Source of the DNA: Betaproteobacteria bacterium
GTDB lineage: Bacteria; Pseudomonadota; Gammaproteobacteria; Burkholderiales; SG8-39
Assembly: GCA_009693345.1 (NCBI GenBank)
Contig: SHXL01000003.1
Span: forward strand, 1-37,361
DNA: 37,361 nucleotides
Reading direction: 5' to 3'
In this document: positions 11,413-21,577 of the stretch, one piece after another
Layout of the letters: each line of letters opens with the position of its first letter
How positions within the stretch are numbered: the stretch's first letter is position 1
The notes under the pieces: generated by a model
Told to the model about the DNA's origin: nothing
What the model saw: the letters and a program-made list of their open reading frames with translations, nothing else
Database searches by the model: none
Program-made: the position numbers and the translations under genes

Positions 11413-12228
11413 TTACAATGTCCGGTGCTGCAGGGCGGGCAGGGATTGTCTCACTTCGGCAAGCCGCGCCGCATCCAGTTCCGCCAGCACCACGCCTTCG
11501 CCCTCTGCGCGGCAGGCAAGCACCTCGCCCCAGGGATCCACGACCATGCTGTGGCCCCAGGTGCGGCGCCCGTTCGGATGCAGCCCGCCCTGCGCCGGTG
11601 CGATCAGGTAGCACTGGTTCTCGATCGCCCGCGCACGCATCAGGACATCCCAATGCGCCGCGCCGGTGAGCGCCGTGAAGGCCGACGGCACGAACCACGC
11701 GTCCACTTCGCCCGCAGCCCGGTAGAGTTCCGGGAAGCGCACGTCGTAGCACACGGAAAGCCCGATCCGGCCGAAGGGCGTGTCCAGCGCCACCGGCCGC
11801 GAGCCCGGCTCGATCGTGCGCGCTTCGTCGAAGTTGTTGCCTGCCAGATCCAGGCCGAAGAGATGGATCTTGTCGTAGCGCGCCACGCGCCGGCCTTCTG
11901 CGTCGAACACGAGGCAGGCGTTTCTAACTTTTTTTTCATTTGAAGAAGAAAGAGGGATTGTTCCACCAACCAGCCAGACACGATTCCGGCTCGCCGCGTC
12001 GGCGAGAAAATCCTGGATCGGACCGGCGCCCTCGACCTCGCGCACCTTCACTTTATCGGTCTCGTGGCGGCCCAGGATGCAGAAATATTCCGGCAGCGCG
12101 ACCAACTGCGCGCCGGCGGCTGCCGCCTCGGCGATCAGGCGCCCCGCCGCCTCCAGGTTCGCCGCCACTTCGGGCGCCGACACCATCTGGATCGCGGCCA
12201 CCCGGATTTTTGATCCGCCCGTGATCAC
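11413..12228 (-). CDS. Carbon-nitrogen hydrolase (Nit1/YbeM-like deaminated glutathione amidase)
   Basis: Catalytic triad contexts LPEYF, YDKIHLF and VCYDVRFPE; ARAIENQCY; [10 protein letters not shown]. Typical position between yhdP and tldD. Confidence 0.92.
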   Translation of the reverse strand: MITGGSKIRVAAIQMVSAPEVAANLEAAGRLIAEAAAAGAQLVALPEYFCILGRHETDKVKVREVEGAGPIQDFLADAASRNRVWLVGGTIPLSSSNEKKVRNACLVFDAEGRRVARYDKIHLFGLDLAGNNFDEARTIEPGSRPVALDTPFGRIGLSVCYDVRFPELYRAAGEVDAWFVPSAFTALTGAAHWDVLMRARAIENQCYLIAPAQGGLHPNGRRTWGHSMVVDPWGEVLACRAEGEGVVLAELDAARLAEVRQSLPALQHRTL

Positions 12229-15200
12229 CGATTGGGAATTCCGGAGCCGTCCAGTGCTTCCGGCAACGGCGGCGGCTTCAGTTTCTCGACCTTCGGGTCC
12301 GTCCAGGTGCCGGTGATCGTGTAGTCGAACGCAAAAATCTTGCCCAGCGGATTCTTGAGGATGCGCCCGGCGATTAGCGCCGCCACGCCGGCAATCGGAT
12401 TGAGCAGGCTCACCACCGTCGAGGCGGAGTCTCCCAGCTGCGGAATCACCTTGACGTTCAGGTTCTGGGTTTCGAGAGAAAGGTCGATCTGGCCCGTCAT
12501 GTTGACGTCGGCCGCCGGGCCGCGCATGTGGAATTCCTTCACCGCCATCACGCCGCGCTCGATGGTCATGGAACTGGCGATGCGGTCAAACTGGAAGCCC
12601 TTGGAGAACACGTCGCGGAAATCGAGCGCGATGCGCCGGGGCAGCATCTGCAGGCTCATCAGCGACACGAGTTTCCCGATGCCGGGCTCGATCTCGAGGA
12701 ACTGTCCGTCTTTGGCCTGCATCTGCAAGTTGCCGCTGAGCGTCGCGTAGTCGATGGTCAGCGGGTCGCCGTTCCAGGAGATCGGGCCCTCCAGTTTGCC
12801 GCTCGCGCCCTTGATGTTGTCGGGGTAGCCGAAGCGATCGAGGAACTGCCCGACATTGCTTACCTCGAGCTTGAAGTCGATCGAAGTGCGCGAGCCCTCG
12901 CCCTGCTTCCACAGGCCGGTTCCCGACAACGCTGAATCCGAATTGGTGACGGCGAGCTTGTCGATGAGCCAGTCCTGGGCCCCGTGCCGTGCCAGGAGCT
13001 CGACGCGCCCAACCGCTCGCCCGCGATGCGTGAAATTGTCGGCGACGATATCCAGCGCCGGGAGATCCTTCAAGGTCTCCCCCGGTTTGGCGCCGGGGGA
13101 ATCCTCGGGCAGCATGAAGCGCGTCATGCGCGCCACCAGATTGCCGCTGCCTGCGGTGCGGTAAACGAGATCGCCGCTGAACTCCGCGGTGTTCATGCTG
13201 GCGGACCAGCCCGCGCCGTCGCTGGCGCCCTGCATCGTGACCGCGCGCATGCGCTTGCCGAGCGCGTCCAGCACGCCGATCTTGAGATCGTAGCTCACGC
13301 CTTCACCGGTGCCGCCGCCCTCGGCGAACAAGGACAGCCAGCGGTCAATGTCGAGTGCGGGCAGCGCGCCGCGCAGCGTCATGCCGAGCCGCTCCGGGAT
13401 CCGCGGCGTCTCCCCGGCCGCCGGGTACAAAATGATCACCGAACGCTGCACCTGAAGCGGCGCCGCGGCCTGCGCTGTGCGCAGGAACTCCGCCGCCGCG
13501 ATGCGTCCAGCCTGCGGCCCCAGCGCGATCGAAATGCGGTCGCGCCCCTCGCCCGGAAATACCACGACCCGCAGCGGCAGGCTTTCGCTGGCGGTCTTCG
13601 AAAACGGAGCCGGCAGGGAACTGGAAACGCCCTCGAGCGGCGATTCAAAAGTGAATTGCGTGCGCCCCTCATGCACCGAGACGACGGCGGTGTAGCGCGC
13701 AGCGCCGGCCAGGCGGCGGCGCCAGGGATGCTCGAACACTTGGCGCATGCCCTCGACCGTTGCCCTGCCCTCCGCGTTCAGCACGACGCTGGCGCCGGGC
13801 TTCGAGCCTCCTGCGATCCGGATCTCGCCGCCGAACAATTGGCCACGCACGTCCTGAATCAAAAGCGAGGATTCGGTGAAGCTGACGCGTCCACCCGCGC
13901 GCTCGATCGGCGGCAGGCGCGGGTCCACCGTGATGACGTTGCCCGAGAACTGGTATTCGCCGGCGACCTTGCTCTTCGCCATCTCGTGCAGCGCCAGTTC
14001 GAGATGCAGGCGCAGCTTGCCCTGGCCGAGGGACCTCATGCCGTCGGTGAAACCGTCCACCATGCGCCGCACCGGACTCTCCCGGACGTAGTCCAGAAAC
14101 AGCGCCGTGGCTCCCTCGGCGTTGCCATCGATATTCAGCTGCGGGTTCGGGTCGAGCATGCTCGGCAGGCTGACGTGAACGTTGGCGAGCTTGACGCCGA
14201 GGATGCTGGCGCTGCGGCCGACGATGTCGATCTTGTCCCGCTCGAACAGCAGATCACCTTCGATTTCCTCGATGCGCGGCCAGCCGCTGACGTAGTCGAG
14301 CACCGCTCCCGAAACCTTGGCTGCGACCTGGAACTGGCCTTTCGCGGCATCGGTAAACGGGAAATCGCGCAAATCGCCCTTCAGGCGCATCTGCACGTCG
14401 CTCGCCTGGCCGCCGAGGACCGCGCCTGCGACCCAGTCGCGCGCACGCGCGCCCATCAGCGTGGACAGCGGCAGGTACTTGGCGGTGTTCTTGCCTTCCG
14501 CGCGCGACAGTTGCGCCGTGAGATCCACCACACCCGGCCCTTCCCCGGTCCAGGTGTAGCTGCCATATGCGGTACCGGCAAGATCCTCGTTCGCGTAGCT
14601 CAGGTTGGCCAGGCGCACCGACACGCCGCCTTTGCCGGGCGGCGCGCTCCCGGCGCCCGCGGTACGTTCCCATCCAACTTCGCCATTGAGCGAATCCAGG
14701 AGGATGCGCGGTTCGGGGAAAACCTCCGGCAGTTCGAGCTCGCTCTTGCGCGACGCGAGATAGACGACGCCCTTGCCTTGCGTCGCCTCGACGCTGCCGG
14801 AAAGGCCGGCGAATCCCGGAATGCTGCGCCAGGCCTTCATGGTGAGGCCGGCAAAGCGGGTTTTCACGGTGAAATTCGCCTGATCGGGCAATTCTCCCGT
14901 CCAGTCGAACTTTACATCGAGCAGGTTGCCCTGCGGCGCGAGATCGGCAAGCAGCTTGCGCAGGTCGGCCGGAAACGGCAGGTACTCCGCCACGTGGGCT
15001 AGCGGCGCAAGTTCAATCAGATTGGCAGTCACCGAGCCGCGCTGCGTCAGCGGGCTGCCCACCGCACCTTGTGCGGTCCCCACCGTGCCTTGCGTGGCTC
15101 CAACAGATGCTGGTTCCCACATGGCGCGAAAACTCGTGGAGTTCATCGCCGGGGCGCCGGGGCTGACGAGCGCGAGATTGCGCACGCCGAAATCGTAGCC

Positions 15201-16133
15201 GGCCAGCGTCTCGCGTCCGTAAACCCGGCCCCGCACCGTGGACACTTCAAGCACCGGCAGGTCCTTCGCGAGGCGCGCCGATACGTTCGACAGCTCCACG
15301 TCCGCCGTGGCCTGCGTGATCCTGCCGGCGGATAGCGTCGCCCACAGGCGAAGCGCGCCTTCGCCGCGGCGCACGTCCAGCGGGTAGTCGACCCAGGCGC
15401 GCCAGCCCGCGAGGTTGGTGTAGCCGAACTCGGCGTATACGCGCCCATTCCACTGCGCCGGATTCCTGACGCTGCCGCCCTCGAGCGCTGCGCGCAGCTC
15501 CACGCCCGGCCCCAGCTCGCGCGGCGGGCGCGCCGAGAGCCCCACCAGGTGCGCGTCGCCGTCGTTCTCGAGGTGCAGGTTGAGCGCCGACAGCGTCAGC
15601 GGGGGCGCTTTGCGCGCCTCGTCGACCCACACGATCTCGGCGCCGCGAATGATGATCCGGCCCTGGCTGAGGATCCAGTCGCTCAGCTTGCCGTCGCTCT
15701 GGTCGCCCGAAATGCGGATGCCGGCGACGAAAATCGCGCCGCTCGCGTCGCGCCGCACCGCGAGCTTGGGCGCGTCGATGAGGAACGAGTGCAGCCGCAG
15801 CTCGCGCGCCGCGAGCGAGCGCCAGGCAACCACGTTCTCCACCGCCGGCAGCGCCAGCGCTTCGCGGCCGTCGCGGTCGTAAATACGCACGTCGGAGATC
15901 GAAATCCGCGGCCGCAGGCCCTGCCAGTCGGTAGCGAGCGCGCCGATCGTCACCGGCAGGCCGATGGAGCGCGAGATCGCGGCGACGATTTCGCCGCGGT
16001 ACTGCTCCACGTTGGGCAGCAGCCAGTAGCGCAGCGCGAGAAAGACCACCGCAAAGCCGAAAAAGCCCGCCCAGGCGAGTATTTCGACTGCGCGCAGGAG
16101 CCTGCGCAACGGGGCTTTAAACGAGGTTCGCAT
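12225..16133 (-). CDS. yhdP: YhdP family AsmA-like phospholipid transport protein
   Basis: 1302 aa, N-terminal TM anchor, LRYWLLPNVEQYR, C-terminal LPRRIALDFRDVFSKGFQFD and YTITGTWTDPKV; yhdP-nit-tldD synteny. Confidence 0.93.
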   Translation of the reverse strand: MRTSFKAPLRRLLRAVEILAWAGFFGFAVVFLALRYWLLPNVEQYRGEIVAAISRSIGLPVTIGALATDWQGLRPRISISDVRIYDRDGREALALPAVENVVAWRSLAARELRLHSFLIDAPKLAVRRDASGAIFVAGIRISGDQSDGKLSDWILSQGRIIIRGAEIVWVDEARKAPPLTLSALNLHLENDGDAHLVGLSARPPRELGPGVELRAALEGGSVRNPAQWNGRVYAEFGYTNLAGWRAWVDYPLDVRRGEGALRLWATLSAGRITQATADVELSNVSARLAKDLPVLEVSTVRGRVYGRETLAGYDFGVRNLALVSPGAPAMNSTSFRAMWEPASVGATQGTVGTAQGAVGSPLTQRGSVTANLIELAPLAHVAEYLPFPADLRKLLADLAPQGNLLDVKFDWTGELPDQANFTVKTRFAGLTMKAWRSIPGFAGLSGSVEATQGKGVVYLASRKSELELPEVFPEPRILLDSLNGEVGWERTAGAGSAPPGKGGVSVRLANLSYANEDLAGTAYGSYTWTGEGPGVVDLTAQLSRAEGKNTAKYLPLSTLMGARARDWVAGAVLGGQASDVQMRLKGDLRDFPFTDAAKGQFQVAAKVSGAVLDYVSGWPRIEEIEGDLLFERDKIDIVGRSASILGVKLANVHVSLPSMLDPNPQLNIDGNAEGATALFLDYVRESPVRRMVDGFTDGMRSLGQGKLRLHLELALHEMAKSKVAGEYQFSGNVITVDPRLPPIERAGGRVSFTESSLLIQDVRGQLFGGEIRIAGGSKPGASVVLNAEGRATVEGMRQVFEHPWRRRLAGAARYTAVVSVHEGRTQFTFESPLEGVSSSLPAPFSKTASESLPLRVVVFPGEGRDRISIALGPQAGRIAAAEFLRTAQAAAPLQVQRSVIILYPAAGETPRIPERLGMTLRGALPALDIDRWLSLFAEGGGTGEGVSYDLKIGVLDALGKRMRAVTMQGASDGAGWSASMNTAEFSGDLVYRTAGSGNLVARMTRFMLPEDSPGAKPGETLKDLPALDIVADNFTHRGRAVGRVELLARHGAQDWLIDKLAVTNSDSALSGTGLWKQGEGSRTSIDFKLEVSNVGQFLDRFGYPDNIKGASGKLEGPISWNGDPLTIDYATLSGNLQMQAKDGQFLEIEPGIGKLVSLMSLQMLPRRIALDFRDVFSKGFQFDRIASSMTIERGVMAVKEFHMRGPAADVNMTGQIDLSLETQNLNVKVIPQLGDSASTVVSLLNPIAGVAALIAGRILKNPLGKIFAFDYTITGTWTDPKVEKLKPPPLPEALDGSGIPNR
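15058..15104. repeat. Imperfect 21-bp tandem repeat inside yhdP (encodes VGATQGT/VGTAQGA/VG)
   Basis: cccaccgcaccttgtgcggtc / cccaccgtgccttgcgtggct / ccaac. The first unit contains the perfect hairpin accgcac-ctt-gtgcggt. Confidence 0.55.
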
Positions 16134-16193
16134 CGCGCCTGCCGCGACTCCTATATCCTTGATTCACAACCGCAACCACCATTTTATCCGTAA

Positions 16194-18740
16194 ATGTCGG
16201 ATCCAATTCGGAAAATTACCCTTTCGCGCTATGCCGCGCAGGCCATCGCCGCACGTCCCGAGCTGGCTCAGGAGACGGATCCGGGACGTGGCGCGCACGC
16301 GCCCTTCAGCGCCGCGGAAATGGCGCAGGCCCTCGCGGGTTCGGATAGCGACGACGAAGCCTCGTTCAAGCGCCGCCTGCGCCGCCTGCGCCAGCGTGTC
16401 CTGTTGCGCACCATGGAGCGGGATCTGGAAAAACAGGCGAACCTTGCAGAAGTCTGTCTCGCAATGAGCGAGCTGGCGGTACAGTCCATCCGCGCCGCGC
16501 TGCGCTGGTTGAACGAGGAGGAGCTCATCGTCGTCGCCATGGGCAAGCTGGGTGGCGGCGAACTGAATGTGTCCTCCGACATCGACCTCGTTTTCGTGCA
16601 TCCCGATACGAAGGAAAACCCGGCCGACACGCAACAGCTCGAGCGCAGCGGCCGCAAGCTGATCGCGCTGCTGAACGACGTCACCGAGGACGGCTTTGCG
16701 TTCCGCGTCGACATGCGGCTGCGGCCCTACGGCGACTCGGGCGCGCTGGTGAGCGGATTCGATGCCCTGGAATCCTATTTCGTCGCCCAGGGCCGCGAAT
16801 GGGAACGCTATGCCTGGATCAAGGCGCGCGCTGTTTCAGGCCTTGATTCCGATATAAGAAACCTTGGAGAAATTGTTCGACCGTTCGTCTTCCGCAAGTA
16901 CTTCGACTACGCGACCCTAGCCGCGATGCGCCGCCTGCACGCCGAAGTGCGGCGCGACGTGGCACGCCGCGAACTCGCCGGGCACGTAAAGCTCGGCCCC
17001 GGCGGCATCCGCGAAATCGAGTTCATCACCCAGGCGCTGCAGCTGGTGCGCGGCGGGCGCGATCCGGAACTTACGGCGCGGCCGACACTTGCCGTTCTCG
17101 CACTTCTAGCCGGCAAAAGGCATTTGCCGGAAAGAGCCAGCCGGGAACTTGCGGACGCTTACGTGTTTCTGCGCAACGTAGAGCACCGCCTGCAGTACCT
17201 CGACGATGCGCAGACGCACGAATTGCCGACGGACGACGGCGACCGCGCGCGGCTAGCGCAGATGGCGGACTTCGCGTCCTGGGAGGATTTTCACGCCGCA
17301 TTGGACGCGCACCGCCAGGCAGTGACGCGCCATTTCCAGGCGATATTCGCGGAGCCCGGCGCGGAAAGCGAAGCCAAACCCTGGCCGGACCATCCGCGCC
17401 TCGCCGCGCTGCGCGCGAGCCAGCGCTACCTGCAGCTGCCCGAAGACTCGATGCGCCGCTTCGACGCCCTAGTCCCGGCGCTTGCGCTGGCCGCGGCGGC
17501 GACGCCCGACCCGGACGCCACACTGGCGCGCGGAATCGACCTGCTGCAGGCGATCGCGCGCCGCGCCGCGTACCTCGCGCTGCTCGCCGAGCGGCCCGAG
17601 GCACTGGAGCGCGTGACGCGCATGATCGGCGCCTCGAGCTGGGCGGCGGAATACGTCACCCTGCATCCGCTGCTGCTGGACGAACTGCTCGACGACCGGG
17701 TGCTCTATTCGCCCCCGGCGTGGCGCGAATTCGAACGCGAGCTGCGCACCGTTCTCGCCGCCGTGGGCGGCGATGTCGAGCGCCAGATGAACGCGGTGCG
17801 CGAGCAGCATCAGTTGCAGCTGTTCCGGCTGCTGGCGCAGGACCTGGCGGGCCTGCTCACGGTGGAGGTGCTCGCCGACCATCTTTCGCAGCTCGCCGAC
17901 CTCGTGCTGCAGGTGTCGCTGGAAGCCTGCTGGGCGCAGATCGCGACGCGCCACCGCGAGCAGCCGCGCTTCGCCGTGATCGCCTACGGCAAGCTCGGCG
18001 GCAAGGAACTCGGCTACGCCTCGGACCTCGACATCATTTTCGCCTACGACGACGCCGACGAGCGCGCCGCGCAGAACTATGCGCGACTCGCGCAGCGCTA
18101 CAACAACTGGCTCAGCGCGCGCACCTCCGCCGGCACGCTGTTCGAGACTGACCTGCAACTGCGGCCCTCCGGCTCGAGCGGGCTGCTGGTGTTGTCGGTG
18201 GCCGCGTTCGAGGAATACCAGGAGCACGCCGCCTGGCCCTGGGAGCACCAAGCGCTCACCCGCGCGCGCTACTGCGCGGGAGACAAGGCGGTCGGGCTCG
18301 AATTTGAGAACATCAGAACAAGAATCCTGACACGCGAACGGGACCCCGCCGCGCTGGCGCGCGAGGTGCTCGCCATGCGCGACAAGCTGCACGCCGCGCA
18401 TCCCAACCGCTCGGAACTGTTCGACATCAAGCACGACCGCGGCGGCATGATCGACATCGAATTCACGGTGCAATTTATCGTGCTCGCCCACGCGCACCGG
18501 CATCCGGAGCTCACGCGCAACCTCGGCAACATCGCATTGCTGAAAATTGCGGCGGATTTGGGATTGATCGACAAGGACCTGGCGGAAAAGAACCGCAATG
18601 CCTATCGCGACTTCAGGCGCCTGCAGCACGCATTGCGCCTAAACGGCGCGCGGTATGCGCGCGTGCCGATCGAGCAGGTGGCAGCGAAGGCCGAAGCCGC
18701 TCGCAGCCTGTGGAAGGAGGTCTTTTCCGGCTACCGGTAG
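16194..18740 (+). CDS. glnE: Bifunctional glutamine synthetase adenylyltransferase/adenylyl-removing enzyme
   Basis: Two nucleotidyltransferase signatures (MGKLGGGELNVSSDIDL and YGKLGGKELGYASDLD), plus RVDMRLRPYG, GGIREIEF and WEHQALTRAR. Confidence 0.96.
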   Translation: MSDPIRKITLSRYAAQAIAARPELAQETDPGRGAHAPFSAAEMAQALAGSDSDDEASFKRRLRRLRQRVLLRTMERDLEKQANLAEVCLAMSELAVQSIRAALRWLNEEELIVVAMGKLGGGELNVSSDIDLVFVHPDTKENPADTQQLERSGRKLIALLNDVTEDGFAFRVDMRLRPYGDSGALVSGFDALESYFVAQGREWERYAWIKARAVSGLDSDIRNLGEIVRPFVFRKYFDYATLAAMRRLHAEVRRDVARRELAGHVKLGPGGIREIEFITQALQLVRGGRDPELTARPTLAVLALLAGKRHLPERASRELADAYVFLRNVEHRLQYLDDAQTHELPTDDGDRARLAQMADFASWEDFHAALDAHRQAVTRHFQAIFAEPGAESEAKPWPDHPRLAALRASQRYLQLPEDSMRRFDALVPALALAAAATPDPDATLARGIDLLQAIARRAAYLALLAERPEALERVTRMIGASSWAAEYVTLHPLLLDELLDDRVLYSPPAWREFERELRTVLAAVGGDVERQMNAVREQHQLQLFRLLAQDLAGLLTVEVLADHLSQLADLVLQVSLEACWAQIATRHREQPRFAVIAYGKLGGKELGYASDLDIIFAYDDADERAAQNYARLAQRYNNWLSARTSAGTLFETDLQLRPSGSSGLLVLSVAAFEEYQEHAAWPWEHQALTRARYCAGDKAVGLEFENIRTRILTRERDPAALAREVLAMRDKLHAAHPNRSELFDIKHDRGGMIDIEFTVQFIVLAHAHRHPELTRNLGNIALLKIAADLGLIDKDLAEKNRNAYRDFRRLQHALRLNGARYARVPIEQVAAKAEAARSLWKEVFSGYR

Positions 18741-18755
18741 CTCGGCGCGCGTGAT

Positions 18756-19022
18756 TCAGCGTGCGCGGGGCCCGCGCACGTGGGGGTTCAACTTTTCGAC
18801 GTCCGCCTTCACCTGGTCGCGACTGCGCTCGTAGACAATTTCACGCCCCATGATGCTGCCCGCATAGGCGAAACCGTTGCGCGTCGGCGTCAGCGCGCAC
18901 TTCATGCTGTGCGTCCCCTCGCCGATCACCACCTCGATCACCTCCGCGCGGCGGCTGAACAGCACCACCTCCATCGTCTTGCCGGTTTCGGTGATCCGTA
19001 CCGTGATCTTCTCGTTGATCAT
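18756..19022 (-). CDS. Small hypothetical protein (88 aa)
   Basis: Clean ORF with host-like codon usage filling the gap after glnE; no recognised family. Confidence 0.7.
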   Translation of the reverse strand: MINEKITVRITETGKTMEVVLFSRRAEVIEVVIGEGTHSMKCALTPTRNGFAYAGSIMGREIVYERSRDQVKADVEKLNPHVRGPRAR

Positions 19023-19062
19023 GCGTCGCTTGCGTCTGTAGGTTGGCCTACTCTACCAGCGT

Positions 19063-19374
19063 TCATATCGCTTCGCGCGGCGTTCCCGGGGCCTGGGCGC
19101 CGCGCCGCAACGGACCGTCCACCTCGGAGGCGAAGCGCGCCAGCGCGTCGAGCAGCACGTCGCGGTTCAGACGGTACAGGACGCGCTGGCCCTGGCGCTC
19201 GCTCACCACGAGCCCGGCGCGCTGCAGCACCGCGAGATGGCGCGAGACCGCCGGCGGGCTGAGTGAGAATCGCCCCGCAAGGTCAGTCGTGGAGAGCGCC
19301 GTCTGCGACAGGAAGGCGATGATCTGCCGCCGCGGGACGGAGGACAGTGCGCCAAAAATGCCGTCGAGATCCAT
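19063..19374 (-). CDS. ArsR/SmtB family transcriptional regulator
   Basis: IFGALSSVPRRQII, PAVSRHLAVLQRAGLV and RQGQRVLYRL winged-HTH pattern. ATG at 19374 preferred over TTG at 19386. Confidence 0.88.
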   Translation of the reverse strand: MDLDGIFGALSSVPRRQIIAFLSQTALSTTDLAGRFSLSPPAVSRHLAVLQRAGLVVSERQGQRVLYRLNRDVLLDALARFASEVDGPLRRGAQAPGTPREAI

Positions 19375-19385
19375 CGCAATAAACA

Positions 19386-19430
19386 ATTAACTAAAGTGCT
19401 AATAGTATAGCGCGTTTTTGTGTTTAGAAT
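19386..19430. promoter_or_regulatory. Divergent arsR/ilvE promoter region with putative ArsR operator
   Basis: Imperfect palindrome ATTAAC-N6-GCTAAT (19386-19403); minus-strand TATACT (19404-19409); plus-strand TAGAAT (19425-19430). Confidence 0.5.
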
Positions 19431-19455
19431 GGCGGCTCACATTCAAGGAGCATGC

Positions 19456-20430
19456 ATGGCGAAGGCAAAGAAGGCACCCACTCCGTCGCTGTCGATGGCG
19501 GACCGCGACGGCTGGATCTGGCATGACGGCAAGCTGGTACCGTGGCGCTCAGCGACCACGCACGTGCTGACCCACTCGCTGCACTACGGCCTCGCCGTGT
19601 TCGAGGGCGTGCGCGCCTACAAGACGGTCAGCGGCACGCAGATCTACCGCCTGCGCGAGCACACGCAACGGCTGATCAATTCGGGCCACATCTACATGAT
19701 GAAGATCCCGTACAGCGTCGAGCGCCTGATGCAGGCGCAGATCGACGTCGTCGCGGCCAACGGCCACGAGTCCTGCTATGTCCGCCCGATTGCCTTCTAC
19801 GGCTCCGAGAAAATGGGCGTCTCGCCGGTCGGCGCCAAGGTGCACGTGGCGATCGCGGCGTGGCCCTGGGGCGCCTACCTCGGTCCCGAGGCGCTCGCCA
19901 AGGGCATCCGCGTGAAGACCGCCTCGGTCGCGCGCCACCACGTCAACGTGACTATGGCACGCGCCAAGATGTCGGGCACTTACCCGAACTCGGTGCTGGC
20001 GACGCTCGAAGCGACGCAGCACGGCTACGACGAGGGCCTGTTGCTCGACGTCGACGGCTTCGTCGCCGAGGGCGCGGGCGAGAATATTTTCGTCATCAAG
20101 GACGGCGTGATCTACGAGCCGGAGCTCACCTCCGCGCTCACCGGGATCACGCGCTCCTCAGTGATCGACCTGGCCGAGGGTCTGGGCTACACGGTGAAGT
20201 CGAAGCGCCTGACGCGCGACGACATCTACATCGCCGACGAGTGCTTCTTCACCGGCACCGCCGCCGAAGTGACGCCGATCCGCGAGCTCGACCAGCGCCA
20301 GATCGGCGCCGGCAAGGCGGGCCCGATCACCAAGGTCCTGCAGAAGGCGTTCTTCGACGTGGTCACCGGCAAGGACCGCAAGCACAAGCACTGGCTCACG
20401 CCGGTGCCGATGAAGAAAGCAAAGAAATGA
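19456..20430 (+). CDS. ilvE: Branched-chain amino acid aminotransferase
   Basis: THSLHYGLAVFEGVRAY, EGAGENIF, LTGITR, FFTGTAAEVTPI. SD AAGGAG before ATG at 19456. Confidence 0.95.
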   Translation: MAKAKKAPTPSLSMADRDGWIWHDGKLVPWRSATTHVLTHSLHYGLAVFEGVRAYKTVSGTQIYRLREHTQRLINSGHIYMMKIPYSVERLMQAQIDVVAANGHESCYVRPIAFYGSEKMGVSPVGAKVHVAIAAWPWGAYLGPEALAKGIRVKTASVARHHVNVTMARAKMSGTYPNSVLATLEATQHGYDEGLLLDVDGFVAEGAGENIFVIKDGVIYEPELTSALTGITRSSVIDLAEGLGYTVKSKRLTRDDIYIADECFFTGTAAEVTPIRELDQRQIGAGKAGPITKVLQKAFFDVVTGKDRKHKHWLTPVPMKKAKK

Positions 20431-20618
20431 GCAACGACACTGCCCGCCAAGTTGAACTGACGGAGAAGGACCTGCCGCTGCATTGCCCGATGCAGGGTGC
20501 GCCGCTATGGGCGCGGCACCCACGCGTGTTTCTCGATGTGGTGAAGCACGGCGAGGCGCTGTGCCCGTACTGCGGCACCAGGTATTTGTACAAAGGCACG
20601 GCTCCCAAAGGTCGCTGA
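20427..20618 (+). CDS. zf-CHCC zinc-finger protein
   Basis: DLPLHCP..PLWARHPRVFL..CPYCGTRY. ATGA overlap with the ilvE stop. Confidence 0.88.
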   Translation: MSNDTARQVELTEKDLPLHCPMQGAPLWARHPRVFLDVVKHGEALCPYCGTRYLYKGTAPKGR

Positions 20619-20620
20619 CC

Positions 20621-21577
20621 CTGGATCGCTTACTCGTCGTCGCCCCCAACTGGATCGGCGACGCGCTGATGGCGCAACCTCTGCTCGCGCGCCTGCGCGA
20701 GAGGCTTCGCCGCCCCCGCATCGAGGTTCTCGCGCCGCCCTGGGTGGCGCCGGTGGCGAGGCGCATGGCCGAAGTGGACGAGGTGATCGAAGCCGGCCTG
20801 CGCCACGGCGAGTTGCAGCTGGGCGAACGCTGGCGCATCGGCCGGATGCTCAAGGCGCGCAATTACGACCATGCCGTGGTGCTGCCGAATTCGTGGAAGT
20901 CGGCGCTGGTTCCGTTTTTCGCGGGCATTCCGCTGCGCGTCGGTTACCTGGGCGAGTCGCGCTACGCGCTCCTGAACGCGGTTCACGAGAACAAGCGCGA
21001 CCGCGAGGCGATGACGCTCCACTATGCCCGCCTTGCCGAGTTCCCCGGCAAGGAACCGGCACTGCCCCTGCCGTTTCCACGCTTGAAAGAAAAAGAAAAC
21101 GACACAGCAACCCGATTCGGCATTTCCGGTCGCTACACCGTGCTTTGCCCGGGCGCCGAATACGGCCCGGCCAAGCGCTGGCCGTATTTCCGCGAGCTGG
21201 CGTCGAGGCTCGATGGCCAGGTCGTCCTGCTGGGCGCCGCATCGGACAAGGCGCAGGCGGAAGGATTTCCCGGCAGGAACCTCATCGGGCAGACGACGCT
21301 GGACGAAGCCATCGACCTGATCGCGGGGGCCGCCGCGGTGGTAACCAACGATTCCGGCCTGATGCACATCGCCGCGGCCACCGGCACGCCGCAGGTGGCG
21401 CTGTTCGGCTCCTCCAGCCCCGAGCACACGCCGCCGATGTCCGCGCTTGCCCGCGTCCTGTGGCTGAAAATAGAATGCAGCCCTTGCTACGCGCGCGAGT
21501 GTCCGTTGGGGCATTTCAAGTGCATGAACGGGATTTCGGTGGAACGCGTGCTCGCAGAAATCAAGTCTTTGCAATGA
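20621..21577 (+). CDS. waaF: LPS heptosyltransferase II (start uncertain; probable CTG at 20621 or 20615)
   Basis: LLVVAPNWIGDALMAQPL, LPNSWKSAL, CPGAEYGPAKRWP, NDSGLMH, CSPCYARECPLGHFKCM. Confidence 0.92.
   Translation: MDRLLVVAPNWIGDALMAQPLLARLRERLRRPRIEVLAPPWVAPVARRMAEVDEVIEAGLRHGELQLGERWRIGRMLKARNYDHAVVLPNSWKSALVPFFAGIPLRVGYLGESRYALLNAVHENKRDREAMTLHYARLAEFPGKEPALPLPFPRLKEKENDTATRFGISGRYTVLCPGAEYGPAKRWPYFRELASRLDGQVVLLGAASDKAQAEGFPGRNLIGQTTLDEAIDLIAGAAAVVTNDSGLMHIAAATGTPQVALFGSSSPEHTPPMSALARVLWLKIECSPCYARECPLGHFKCMNGISVERVLAEIKSLQ

Noticed and set aside
16194-18740. GlnE shorter (848 aa) than the E. coli enzyme as a truncation
   Set aside because: Both catalytic domains are intact; the shortening appears confined to linker regions.
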